Below are positions 49,940-61,088 of a DNA stretch of 64,000 nt, piece by piece; position 1 is the stretch's first letter, and every line of letters starts with the position of its first letter. The notes beneath the pieces are model-generated. The model was not told the DNA's origin. It saw only the letters and a program-made list of their open reading frames with translations, and searched no databases. This DNA comes from Anthoceros angustus (Eukaryota; Plantae; Anthocerotophyta), in the NCBI GenBank assembly GCA_010909165.1, contig MU008171.1:806001-870000 (forward strand), in the 5' to 3' direction. The position numbers were made by a program, and so were the translations under genes.

Positions 49940-50260
49940 CGAAGGACTGCTGGTGGCCAAGGTCACCATGTCGAGAGGAAGCAGCCCTGGAAAGGGCCCT
50001 ATAGTGGGCGATGGCAAAGATAGCACCGCCCAGGGGGTCGCATTACCTGGTAGTTGTGGCTGATTCCAAGACGGAAATAGCAAATCCCGAAGAGACCTTC
50101 ATGTACTGATAGTAGAGGGTGGAAGACTTCCCGTAGAAGCAATGGACAAAAGGTATAAGGCTCCCCCTCCCCAAGACACCACCAACATCCTTGAGCTCCT
50201 CGAAGATCACGCTCCTCAAAATGGTCTTGAAGGAGTTCTCAATATCCACCTATAAGCCGA
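49940..50260 (-). mobile_element. CRE-like non-LTR retrotransposon RT fragment
   Basis: DIENSFKTILRSVIFEELKDVGG..LIPFVHCFYG..ESATTTR*CDPLGGAIFAIAHYRAL corresponds to the D..NAFNS..R and G.RQGDPLG RT motifs; a stop replaces Q. Confidence 0.7.
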
Positions 50261-51006
50261 TGAGATCATGAGATCACATGAGGGGAAAAGGAAAGAGTAG
50301 CATAAAGCCGCTGAATGAGTGTTCAAGAAGAAAAAATCCCAAATATATTCAAACACCATCCACCATCCCACATAACCTAGCAGGAGAAAAGAAGAAAAAG
50401 TCACAAAATGTTTAAACACCATCCACCATCCCATATACCCGGCAAAAATCCCACATAGCCCGGCAAAAGAAAGCCGTGCAGCCGTAGAGAGAGCCGGAAC
50501 AAGGGGTCAACATGGTAAAACATGCGGCTATGGTTATGGCGGGTCCTACCACGTGGCTGGATGATATTTCCGCTCAGCCCCATGTACATATGTACTAAAC
50601 AATCGCTCGGATGTAGGCTCCGCGGCTTCCGGTGTATGTCCACCTGGGGTCTGAAGTCAAAACAACTGCCAAGTCACGTGTACGGAACTTACCGAGTCCA
50701 CCGTCAACGGCCATCCGACGTGGCCAGTGGCAGGCGTCCAGCAGCGGCCATCGGCAAGCTCCATCGAGAGGTGCCGTATATAAATGGAGCTCAGCAGTCT
50801 GTTGTTGGCGGAGCTTGAGCCAAGCAGCTTGGACCCATCCATAGATCGACCGCCATCCCATCCCAACTCGGAATTTGAGGCGGTTTCATCTGTGCAAGAG
50901 GCGTCGATTCGAGTGGGCAGCTGCGCATTGCAAGTGTGCAGTTTGAGAGACAGTAGTAGAAGAGCTGCCGCTGCACACCTCAAGCTTCAACTGGACAATT
51001 GAAGGA

Positions 51007-52020
51007 ATGGCGTCCCAGGGTGCCGCGCTGCTCCTCCTGGGCTGGTTGCTTTACAGCCTCGCGATTGCTCCCGGCGTGCGCTCCGATCCCGATCCTCTCA
51101 CCGACTTCGAAGCTGGCGTGGAGGAGTTTGTTTCTCGCGACGTGTTCAAAACAACGGCGTCCAGGGACCGGGCGGCATCCGAGCTGACCTCCCGTCGCCA
51201 AGTTCCCCGCCCTCAAGTGAGTTTGCTGCATCGCGCGCCAGCAGCAGTAAGCAGTAAGTAAGCAGGCCTGGTACTGAAACCACATGCCTGAATTTGATCG
51301 GAATTTGGGTGAATGCAGGTCACAGGGAATCACGGTTGTGAGATTCAAGTTGTTCCCGTGCGGTGAGAACTTGCCGCACACGCACCCGAGGGCAACGGAG
51401 GTCCTTACCATGTTGTCGGGCGGGCCACTCCAGGCTGGCTTTGTTGACACCAATGGTAGGCGTTGTTGTGAGCATTTAGGCATTGAGTTTGCTGATGAGC
51501 AATCCAATTTGTGCGCGCACCAAATTGAATTCCACCTGCTCCTGATGAGGATGGTGAATGAATGTGTGTGGCAGGAACTGCGCATATCTACATCCTCACA
51601 CCGGGTGACGTGATCGTCTTCCCTCGTGGATTGCTGCATTTTGAGTTGAATGGGAACCGAGGATGCAGAGTTCATTTCCTCACTCAACAGCGAGAACCCT
51701 GGCTCCTTGGTACGTTCGCAGAGACTAGCAAGTTTGCAGTTGAGACTCTTTTGATAGGGTTTGCAAGCTTGCGAATTGGAGTTCCCATCTTCCACCGCTG
51801 CCATGCTCATCCGTTACAACCCGCGGGTGCGTGCACTATGCAGATTGCAGCTCAAGCTCTGTTCCAGCTGCCCTCCCGCAGTTTGGCTGTGGCCCTGAAC
51901 CAGCCACCCAAGGCTTTGCAGAAAATCCGCAAGACCCTGTACGACTACCACGCTCCAGTTCTGCAGACATCCAGCAAGTCGGGCTGCATCCCCGGCCAGG
52001 ACATCACAACCGACTTCTGA
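51007..52020 (+). CDS. GLP: Germin-like protein A2, signal peptide, 4 exons; single-base deletions as sequenced
   Basis: MASQGAALLLLGWLLYSLAIAPGVRSDPDPLTDF; canonical PHTHPRATEV; GDVIVFPRGLLHFELN; last exon to TDF-TGA. Confidence 0.87.
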
Positions 52021-53123
52021 GCCATCTCGGCCGAGTGGTAGCAGATAGCACGACTCTGAATCACAGAATATGCGAGCATGCAGCCATCGTGTTTGCGTGT
52101 GCGCAGACACGCACCATGCTTGTGCAATTTTTTGGCACTCGTTTTATGAGTGGGCACTCAAGGCGTGTCTATTCAATTCAGTGCTTAGTGTTGCTATGAA
52201 TGAGCAGCCTTGGAGACCAGCTGCCCAGAATGTAGTGAGGTCAACATTTTGAAAACAAGGCCCAATCAGGGACCATTTTCACCAGTTCCCATTCACACTT
52301 TCCCAATCCATTGCCTGCTGGGCTGCTGCTGCTCCTGGCCGCATTGCTCCATCTAGGAGAGCAACAATATTAATGACAAGGCTCTTGGGAGGCCCGGCCC
52401 TTGAGCGAGGACGGCTGGACGCTCAGCTGTGTCCAGCCTTGCTGCAATGCTTAGGGATAGATGCCTCCCCTCCAGACATGTGAAGTCATGATCCTTTGCT
52501 GTGAAGCACAGTATATGCCTACAAAGGTGCGTCCTTCTCACGAATGTCTGAATCCTTCATCCAGACGTCAGCTGTGAGCCTGTGATGAGTAATGACATTA
52601 TTTTCTTAAGCTTCCCATGATGATGGGCATAACCTGCAATCGACACACTGCGTCCTACTACTGTGTTGCTGTTGAGAGGTTCCGCGAAGCAACAAGGCGG
52701 TCATAGCAGCAGCGATCACTGGCCGAGGACTCAAAAATTAAGATGGAAGCTGGAAGCACGTTCCGTTTTGAAACTGAGATACGCTACAACGCCGAGTTCG
52801 AACTGCAACCGGAGTCAAGGAAAAGCGAAACCGCGTGTACGGGGCAGCCCAAGTCAGTCGTCAACGATGGCAACGGAATGGCCGTGGCAGGCTGCAGCAG
52901 CGGCGATTGCGGCTGCAGCTACGCATAAAATGGAAGGCAAGGAGCTTCATGTCATCCATCGTCCATCGGCAGTCCTTCCCGACTTGCAATTCGCTCCATC
53001 TCATCCACAACAGCAGTGACTCCAGTGGCAGATGCACACAGCACCATCGCGGAAGACAGTCCTAGCAGAAGACAAGGCCGAAGACAGTACGAGTGTAGAG
53101 TGACGAGACAGACAAGCGAGGGC

Positions 53124-54151
53124 ATGGCGTCCCGGGTGCCGCGCTCTTCCTTCTGGGTTGTTTGCTCTACAGCCTCGCCATTGTTCCCGGCGTGCGCGGA
53201 TCCCGACCCTCTCACCGACTTCGAAGCTGGGGTGGAGGAATTCGTTTTCCGGGACGTGTTCAAAACAACGGCGTGCAGGGACCGGTGGCATCCGCGCTGA
53301 CCTCCCGTCGCCAAGTTCCCTGCCCTCAAGTACGTTTGCTGCATCGCGCACATTGCCATTGACAATCCGATGTTTGGCACCATTCTGGTCCGCAGCAGTA
53401 ATCCTGAGCCTGGTACTGAAGCTAAATGCGTGAAATGAATTCATGTGTGTGTTGAATGTAGGTCACAAGGAATCACGGTAGTGAGATTCAAGCTGTTCCC
53501 GTGCGGTGAGAACTTGCCGCACACGCACCTGAGGGCAACGGAGGTCCTCACCATGTTGTCGGGCGGGCCGCTCCAAGTTGGATTTGTCGACACCAATGGT
53601 AGGCACCTGAATCTTGCAAGCCTTGGTGACAGCGTTTGTTCATGAATTTTGGTGCGCACCAATTCCCACCTGCTCGTCATAATGATGGTGGATGAATGTG
53701 TGGCAGGAACCGCGCACATCAACATCCTCAGACCGGGCGACGTGACCGTCTTCCCTCGTGGAATGCTGCATTTTGAGCTCAATGTGGAGCCCAGGATGCT
53801 GAGTTCATTTCTTCACTCAACAGCGAGAACCCTGGCTCTTTGGTAAGCCTCTCTGATGAGAGACACACAGCTCATATCTCTGCCGTTCTAGTACTGTTAG
53901 TCTAAACAGTTTGCTGTGATGAATACCATGTCTGACCGCTGCCATGCTCATCCATTACAACCCGTTTTGTGCAGATTGCAGCTCAAGCTCTGTTTCAGCT
54001 GCCTTCCCGCAGTTTGGCTGTTGCCCTGAACCAGCCACGCAAGACTCTGCGCAATATCAGCAAGACACTGTACGACTACCATGCTCCAGTTCTGCAGACG
54101 TCCACAAAGTCAGGCTGCGTTCCCGGCCAGGACATCACAATCGATTTTTGA
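53124..54151 (+). CDS. GLP: Germin-like protein B2, 4 exons; single-base deletions as sequenced
   Basis: ADPDPLTDFEAGVEEFVFRDVFK; PHTHLRATEVLTMLSGGPLQVGFVDTNG; GDVTVFPRGMLHFELNV; last exon ORF 53969..54151. Confidence 0.82.
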
Positions 54152-54263
54152 GCAACTTCTGCCGGCTTTTCAACTGTACAGTGCACCTATGATGAATACT
54201 AGAAGCTGCATTCTTTCAGGCTCACCACTGTTAAGGTGATAACCCAAGCATAGTTAGAATAAC

Positions 54264-57200
54264 TATAGATATCATGACCAAGAACAGCAGCTAGCTAGCG
54301 AGAGAGAATACGAAGCAATTGATTGATTTCGGAGTGCCGGGGCACTTAGAAAGTCAGTGCAGTCAGTTGGTTCATCAACCGCCATAACTGCCATCATTAC
54401 TGCCCTAAATAGACATTAATGTGTACATGCGTGAGGAACCCTAACGTAAAACCCACAGTAGCGCAATACTCCCCTCAGACCAAGCGTAGGCGCTGTAGGT
54501 CCCCAAAGTCGGTTCGCGATCAAGGAATGTTCTGCAGGCCCATTGCTGCTACAAGACGCTGATGCGAAGCCTTGAGCAATCCCTTAGTGAGTACGTCAGC
54601 AATGTTCTCATAAGTATGCACATAAAGGGAGCTTGACTTGCAGGTTGCCAAGAGTCTTATCGAATGAAGTGATATTCAATTTCCACATGCTTGGTGCGGG
54701 CGTGGAAGATAGGATTCAAGCTCATGGCGATTGCGGATTGATTGTCGTAATAGAGGATGGTAGGACGGTGGCAATTCGTTGAGGCTAGATAGGAATTGGC
54801 GAATCCAGATTAGCTCCTTGGCGGCTAGGGATGAAGCATATTCCTCCGCCGAGGAGAGGCATGATGGGAAGCTTCTTGGAGGCCCATGAGGTGGCTGTAC
54901 CATTAAGGAGCATACAATAGGCTGCAATGGATTTGCGGAATCGAGGTCCCGCCCGGCATCGGAATGGCGGGACAATGTGAGTTCCTTAATTATTGTGTTG
55001 GTTTGCTCAGACTAATCCCTTGCCGCTTGTCCCTTTTAGATATCCGAGGATCCGCTTTGACAAAGCTCCGGTGTTGGCCGGGATTAGAAACGCATCGAGA
55101 GGCGATGTTCGCCGAGTCCAAATGGATAAAATAGTAGCCAGCCAATTGCCTCTCCATAGGGTACGGCTTGCATCTCGCTTAATTCTGCTGGTATGTTGGG
55201 GCTGTGCTCAAGTGATATCTTGTCACCGGAGGCCACAGGGCTGGCACATGGTAAAGCGGGTGCAAGATGCGATAGGTGAGCGATGAGAGTGATTGATTAA
55301 GTCTGAACGTCTGTACTTATAGTGTCTCAGTGCGGTTGTAACCACGATACTGTTAAGTGTGAAAGGTAACGAACGGAACCGCTGTCCTGGCAACTAAAAC
55401 ATTCTTCTACGCACGCACGAAACGTGCCTAACATTAATGATCGAACGGGAACGAAGCTTCCTCCGTAGCGCTATGGCTCCAACACTCCCCTCGCTGGATT
55501 CGCCGCTTGCATCCGATTTCATCGCCACCGTGGTCTCAACTTGGCCTTCAGCAGCGATCTAATCTCCGGTGGTTTCCAAACTTGCAGTCACATAATGGAA
55601 GGTGATTATAAGCGATTGAAAGTCTCAAGCAAAAGGAGTACACAAGAACGGAGTGGTGAAAAGTCGAAGTTGTGAGCAATGGATCGAAACTGGAACAAGG
55701 AGTTCGTCCGTGGTCGGGTCTGAAGTGACTAGGGGCTCTTCCCGATCACCGATGCCCGTGACACGCTTTCTCTATTCACTACCGATACCTTCGACATGCT
55801 TGTCGTGAAGTGCCTTGGGAAGTCCCTTTGTCGCCAGGGGTGTTGTCGCTTGTACTTATGTAGCATAATGAGATTTGATTGTTCGCCACCACTTGCCGGA
55901 TAAAATGATCTTTGAATGTCCACGTGCTTGGTCCTCGCAAAATCGGATTGTGTGTCATAGCTATTGTGTTGTCAATACACCGAGTTGCCTCATCCCGCTT
56001 CTCATGAATGTCTTGTAGGAATTGACGAATCCAAAGTATCTCCTTGGTCGCTAAGGTCGCCGCATACTACTGCCTTGGATGAAGTGCAAATGGTCCGCAT
56101 CTTCTTGCAGCCCACGAGACAAAGGCACGTTGATAATCATGAGGGCAGCTTGATCTCCGGGCGTGGGTCGCCGCCTAACTGCATCAAAAGGAGGTAAGAA
56201 TAAGCTTGGATGAGTGGTCACCTATATAGCGGTATGATTTTGTCTTTTCAAATAACGGAGAATCCTCTTGACGCAGTCCAATGCGCCTTCCGGATTAGAG
56301 AGATATCCGGACACTATATTCACTGCCAGATATGTCCGCCTTGTCCGGATCGATAAAATAAAGTAAACTTCCGACACCTCACCGTAGGGGATGCTCCTCA
56401 TCTCCGCACTTCTTCAGAGTCTGGACCGTCACTCGGTGATACCTTTTCTCCAGAGGCAATTGGCGTGGAACCGGCTTGGCGTCCTTGAGTTGAACCTTTC
56501 CAGAGTTGTATGACATAATGCTCTTGGTGGATGAAAAGGTGTGATCTTCTTCCTTGAATTCAAACTGTACTGAGAGCATAGCGTAGAGGTCCCATGTCAA
56601 CAACGTCGTTCTTGATAATGATCTTTCACATATTGTATTACTTCGGTCCGAAAATGAAATTATCGCTCACATATAAGGTGACAATTGCAACTGTTGTTGG
56701 TTCTCGGGATGTAAACACGGTGTCGAGATGAGAGGGCAAAGCCACACTTCTTCGTATCTCCACTCATTCCACACTTGTGCCGATTGCTTTAATCCATAGA
56801 TGGATTTGAGCAATTTACACACCTTGTCATTTCTTTAACAAACCACGTGGTGTAACATGTAGATGTCTCATGTAGGGTTCCAAAGAAAAGCCTTTACGTC
56901 ACCGGTGTATATAGGTGGTGGTGAGCGACAAAAGCTAGTAGTATCCTTATCGGGTTGCCTTGACAACGGGACTAAACAATCTTCTTCATAGTGAAACTGC
57001 ACTGGTGAAACCTCGGGCCTAGACTTGTATCTCGAAACAAATCCCCGTGAGTTGAGTTTCCTTCAAGGTCCATTTGCAAACGGCTTGCCCATAGGAGGTG
57101 ATAAGTTTCCAAGTTTTGTTGGCAATTAGAGTCATATTCGATTGAACGGAAGCCTTCCATTCGTGTATGCTAAGGGCTTCTTCTATGCTTGCGGTGTACA

Positions 57201-60200
57201 TCCTGCATCTCAATTCTTGTGGGCTTGATGCAATGCAATCAGACTGTCGATTATTGTCGCCGGGCTTGAGCGGGAACTAGTGCTCAGAGGTGGAATAGGC
57301 TCTTGGCAGAAAAGGAGTCTCTAGGGACAAGGGGTGGATGTCTCCATTGATGGCTAGGTGGTCTATGGCGAGTAGATCGCCTAAGAGGTGGTGGTTCAGT
57401 TCAGTGGATGTGTACCTCATTATCCTGCTGGTTGTGGATGAAGGATGCACCTCGAGGTCATCGGTGGTAATACAGCTGGGATAGTGGTGGGGCTTGGATA
57501 GTGGAATAGCCGGTATATCCGGTATATGTGGAGGTGCTTGAGTGGGCCAGAACGGGTGAATGAGCCGAGTTTCCTCTTGAGCTTGCATATCGTCTTCTTC
57601 TTCGTAGTGAGATGTGGCCCCTCAAGGGCAAGGGAAAATTAGTGAAGGTAGGAGGCCGGAGATCTGGGAAGAGAGGTAGACAGGGAGGTAAGATAGGTGT
57701 TGAGGACATGGGATTCATGGAAATGAACACGCGGGAAAGGATTACCTCTCTAGTAGGGGTTGATGAGACGGTAGGCTTTTACTTGATCCGAGTAGCCAAT
57801 GAAGAGAAGCTTGCGACTTTTGTCGTCCCATTTCTACGGGTGGCATCCGGTATATGGGCAAAAGCGGGACTACCAAGATGCGAAGATGGGAGATTCTAGG
57901 TTTGTTACCCGTCCATCAAAAGGTGTAGTGCCTGCAGCTCTTTAGTAGGAAGCCTGTTTTAAGGTAGTTGGTCGTAGCACTCGCCAGCCTCGAGAGGCGG
58001 AGAGCTTAATGGAGCGAAATCTCAAGAAGTGATCTATTGAGTCGCTCGCATAGGGGTTCGAGAAGGAGTGTATGGCACGAAGTTGGCGGAGGATCCCTTT
58101 GGATCGGCAGAACTCATTAAAAGTCGCACTTGTGTATTCTCCACCATTGTCGCCGCGGAGAGTGCGACTTGAAAACCGCTTTGTCGCTCACGCTAACACA
58201 AACTCTTGGAACTGTGAGGGCCTCATCCTTGTGGCGCAAGAAATAAATGTGGGAGTACCGCCCATTCGTCCATAAAAGTAAGGAAGTAAGAGTGGCCCCA
58301 TGTATGCTCATTGGGCGCAGATGTCGAGTGTACCAAGTCGTCGAGCTCTTGTTGGTGAAGGATCTTTAAAAGGAGTTGGGTCAACTTGGAGTACTTGCAG
58401 ATCTCTAAGAAATCCTTCGGATTTAATGTTGACCGGATCCTTGTACAAGGCGGTTGGCAAAGGCTTCCAAATAACGCGGATTTATATGGCTCGCCTGCAA
58501 TGCCATAGCAGGTGTTCCGTGAGAAATCGATGATGAGTCGGCGACAAGTGATGAAGAAGACCGTATGTTCAGATATGTGTCGTTGTAAGGTAGGCCGTGC
58601 AAGTGCAACGATGTTTATCCTTCGAATCATGAATTGTGCGGTTGCCTTGAAAAGTAATTATGAGGTCGTGCTCGTGGCCAATTTCCTCACCGATAGCGGG
58701 TTCTTGGTCATTGCAGTCGTGAAGCACTCCATTGATGATGAGGGATTCGCCATTAGAGAGTCTCAATGCAACTTCACGGTGCCTTGGACAGGGAGTGATC
58801 GCCGTCACCAAGGTGACATCTTTAAGAGGACATTATGATAGGATGTGAACATATCCCCGCCCCCGCAAATGTGAGTAGTTGCTCGAATCCAGGAACCATC
58901 GACAATCGTCACCCCGGTCAAGATCAAATGATAAGATTGAATTCCGGTGGGGGCTTGGGAGTCATTAGTTCGACTCGTTTGGGTGAGTCACGGCGAGGTT
59001 CTCCGATTGTTTCTTCTGCATTGCATCGAAATGGCCGGATCCGCACCGCCAGGTGGTCCTTTGCTGGTCCTTTTCGACCATTCGATTGTTTTTGTTGTAG
59101 CCTCCGGGTGCATGCAGTGTGAGTCGTAAGAGCGGTTTGAAAAATTACGCCCCTCCGCCTTCGACCGCCTCGGCCTCGAAGTGAAGAGTGCGTGATTGGT
59201 GCTACCTTGGCCGCTTCTTGAATTGGAGCCACGGCTCGATTCCTCCTCAAGTAAAGCTCCAACGATTTCGGAGAACGTGTCCGCTTGGGCACCTCCACCG
59301 CATGCTTTTGCTGATTGTCCGATGATGGAATTCGAGCCGACGAAAGTCCCGTAAGATGCGTGCAGGATGTCAAGTATTCCAGCTTGGTGTTCCGTGATCG
59401 TGGTGCCGGGCGGGCGGCTAGTCGCTCTTCGCTTGGAAATTGCCGACGTCGCTTCAACACTCTCGTGTCCTTCATCCCGAGTGGTAAAACAATCTCGTGG
59501 CGCTCACTAGTGACATGGAGTCTTGGGCTTGGAACATATCGTTAAATATCTTCCGGATGCCGTGAGCATCTTTGGTACTGTGTGAAGCATACTTTTATCA
59601 AGTGCGATATGAGGAGATTGCGCTTGTCTCTCTTGTTCCAAGCCGCAATTAAGTCGGATGTTCCAACAGGTTGGTGTTGGGTCCGAGCACGGGAGTGTGC
59701 CGTCGACAATCTCCATCAGGTCATGCTCTTCGAGGAGCGGTGACTCTCATCTTCCACACGAAATCGATTCTAAACCGCCCTCCACTAATTCGATTTTGGT
59801 GGTGTTCACAACTGCTCCCATGATTGTTTGCTTCTTAGTATTTCTTTGTGGTTGTTAAGGGGATCAAAGGCGAGCATATATAGCTGCTACGCATGAGGTG
59901 AGCTATTGGCACTAGTATCTAATCTTGAGATAAATTTTCTCTAATGCGTGAAGTGACTCGATTTGTGAGTTCAATTCGTGATTTGGTTTCTTGAGATCTT
60001 GATGGGTGATGACTCTAGTAGAGAACAGTTGGCTTGGTGGAATCTCCAGGCGCTGAGTCTGCGGACATGCGGTTAGCAAAACATCGCGGCCGGAGAGCGT
60101 GGTGGAAGAGAATGAAGTCCCGTGTGGTGGTCTGGTGGGGCCGATGCGTGACGAGGCCTAATGTTGAAGGTGCGTCTCATCTTGATGCAGCCCCCGCAAA

Positions 60201-61088
60201 TGACCGGCCGACGGGAGGCGCTACCTGGAGAGGAAGAAGCCGGTACGCTTTCAGGCATCTTGCGATTTTAGGATCTTCTTGCCGATTGCGTTCTCCGCAC
60301 GCATTGGGAAGCTCGTGACACCAGCGCGTGGCGTGGAGCGATGCCGAACGCGCCCTTCGGCTCGATACCATAAAGCGGGTGCAAGATGCGAAGGTGAGCG
60401 GCGAGAGTGATTGATTAAGTCTCGAACGTCTGCATTTATAGTGTCTGGCGTTGTAACCGCGATAATCGTGTGTGTAACCAACGGAACTGTCCTCAAATTC
60501 AAAACATTCTTCACGCCTTCACAAACGTGCCTAACATTAATGACTGAACGGGAACGAAGCTTCCCTCCGTAGCGCTATGGCTCCAACACATGGTCTTGCT
60601 TCTGAGAGGTTAAATTGTTCCAATAACTGGTGCACATAGTGCTGCTGATGTATAAAGATGGGATGATCACTTGCCGCAGGTTGGTGAGGAACTGGATCCC
60701 CTGGGCGAAGCGCAAAGGCCCGACATCAACCATATCAAACTGATTAGACAAACGGTGCTTCACGTTATCTATGAGCAATGGGTCATTTCCGAACAAGAAA
60801 TTGTCGTCCACATATAAAGCTACTAATACCATGCTGTTGCCCTCTTGTAGGATATACACATTGCCATCAGCGGGAAAAGGCACAAAGCCGCACAAAAGTA
60901 AGAAATCATGGATGCATTCATTCCAAGCTTTAGCGGAATGCTTGAGGCCATAGAGTGTTTTGAGCAACTTAAGACTAAGTCCTTATGGATGACGAATCCT
61001 TCTGGCTGATGCATATAAATGGTCTTGTGCAGCTGTCCGTTGAGGTATGCGGTCCGCACGTCCATCTGATGCATAATGAGCCTGTGCT
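54264..61088 (-). mobile_element. Host Ty1/copia (3' LTR 54264-54468, PPT, RNase H, RT), 5'-truncated at 61088 and interrupted by a nested element
   Basis: PPT CTGAGGGGAG then LTR TATTGCGC..GATATCTATA. RNase H-like [20 protein letters not shown] and ARTKHVEI; RT ORFs 60575..60967 and 60823..61074. Confidence 0.9.
55252..60588 (-). mobile_element. Nested structurally complete Ty1/copia, 5337 bp, frameshifted as sequenced
   Basis: LTRs 55252-55484 and 60371-60588; 5 bp TSD CATGG (55247-55251, 60589-60593; empty site GGCACATGGTCTTG at ~26702); PBS 60361-60370; PPT 55485-55494. gag LLEEHDLMEIVDG, protease WFLDS.ATTHIC, integrase DLVHS..YFLTFMDE, RT NKTWKL, RNase H ARTKHVDIQ. Confidence 0.95.

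Larger units (their letters stand above)
50486..54228. repeat. Segmental duplication copy 2 (GLP-A plus GLP-B unit)
   Basis: Collinear with 22059-25783; homology stops at CTCACCAC before TGTTAAGG (54229). Confidence 0.95.

Noticed and set aside
50980-51810. 276 aa minus-strand ORF and similar antisense ORFs over the germin genes
   Set aside because: They are shadows of the GC-rich + strand germin exons and introns, with no recognisable motif, and are not kept open in the other duplicate.
58223-58630. Possible gypsy RT inside the nested element
   Set aside because: Neighbouring motifs (DLVHS..YFLTFMDE, WFLDS.ATTHIC) and the domain order gag-PR-IN-RT-RH identify it as copia integrase.
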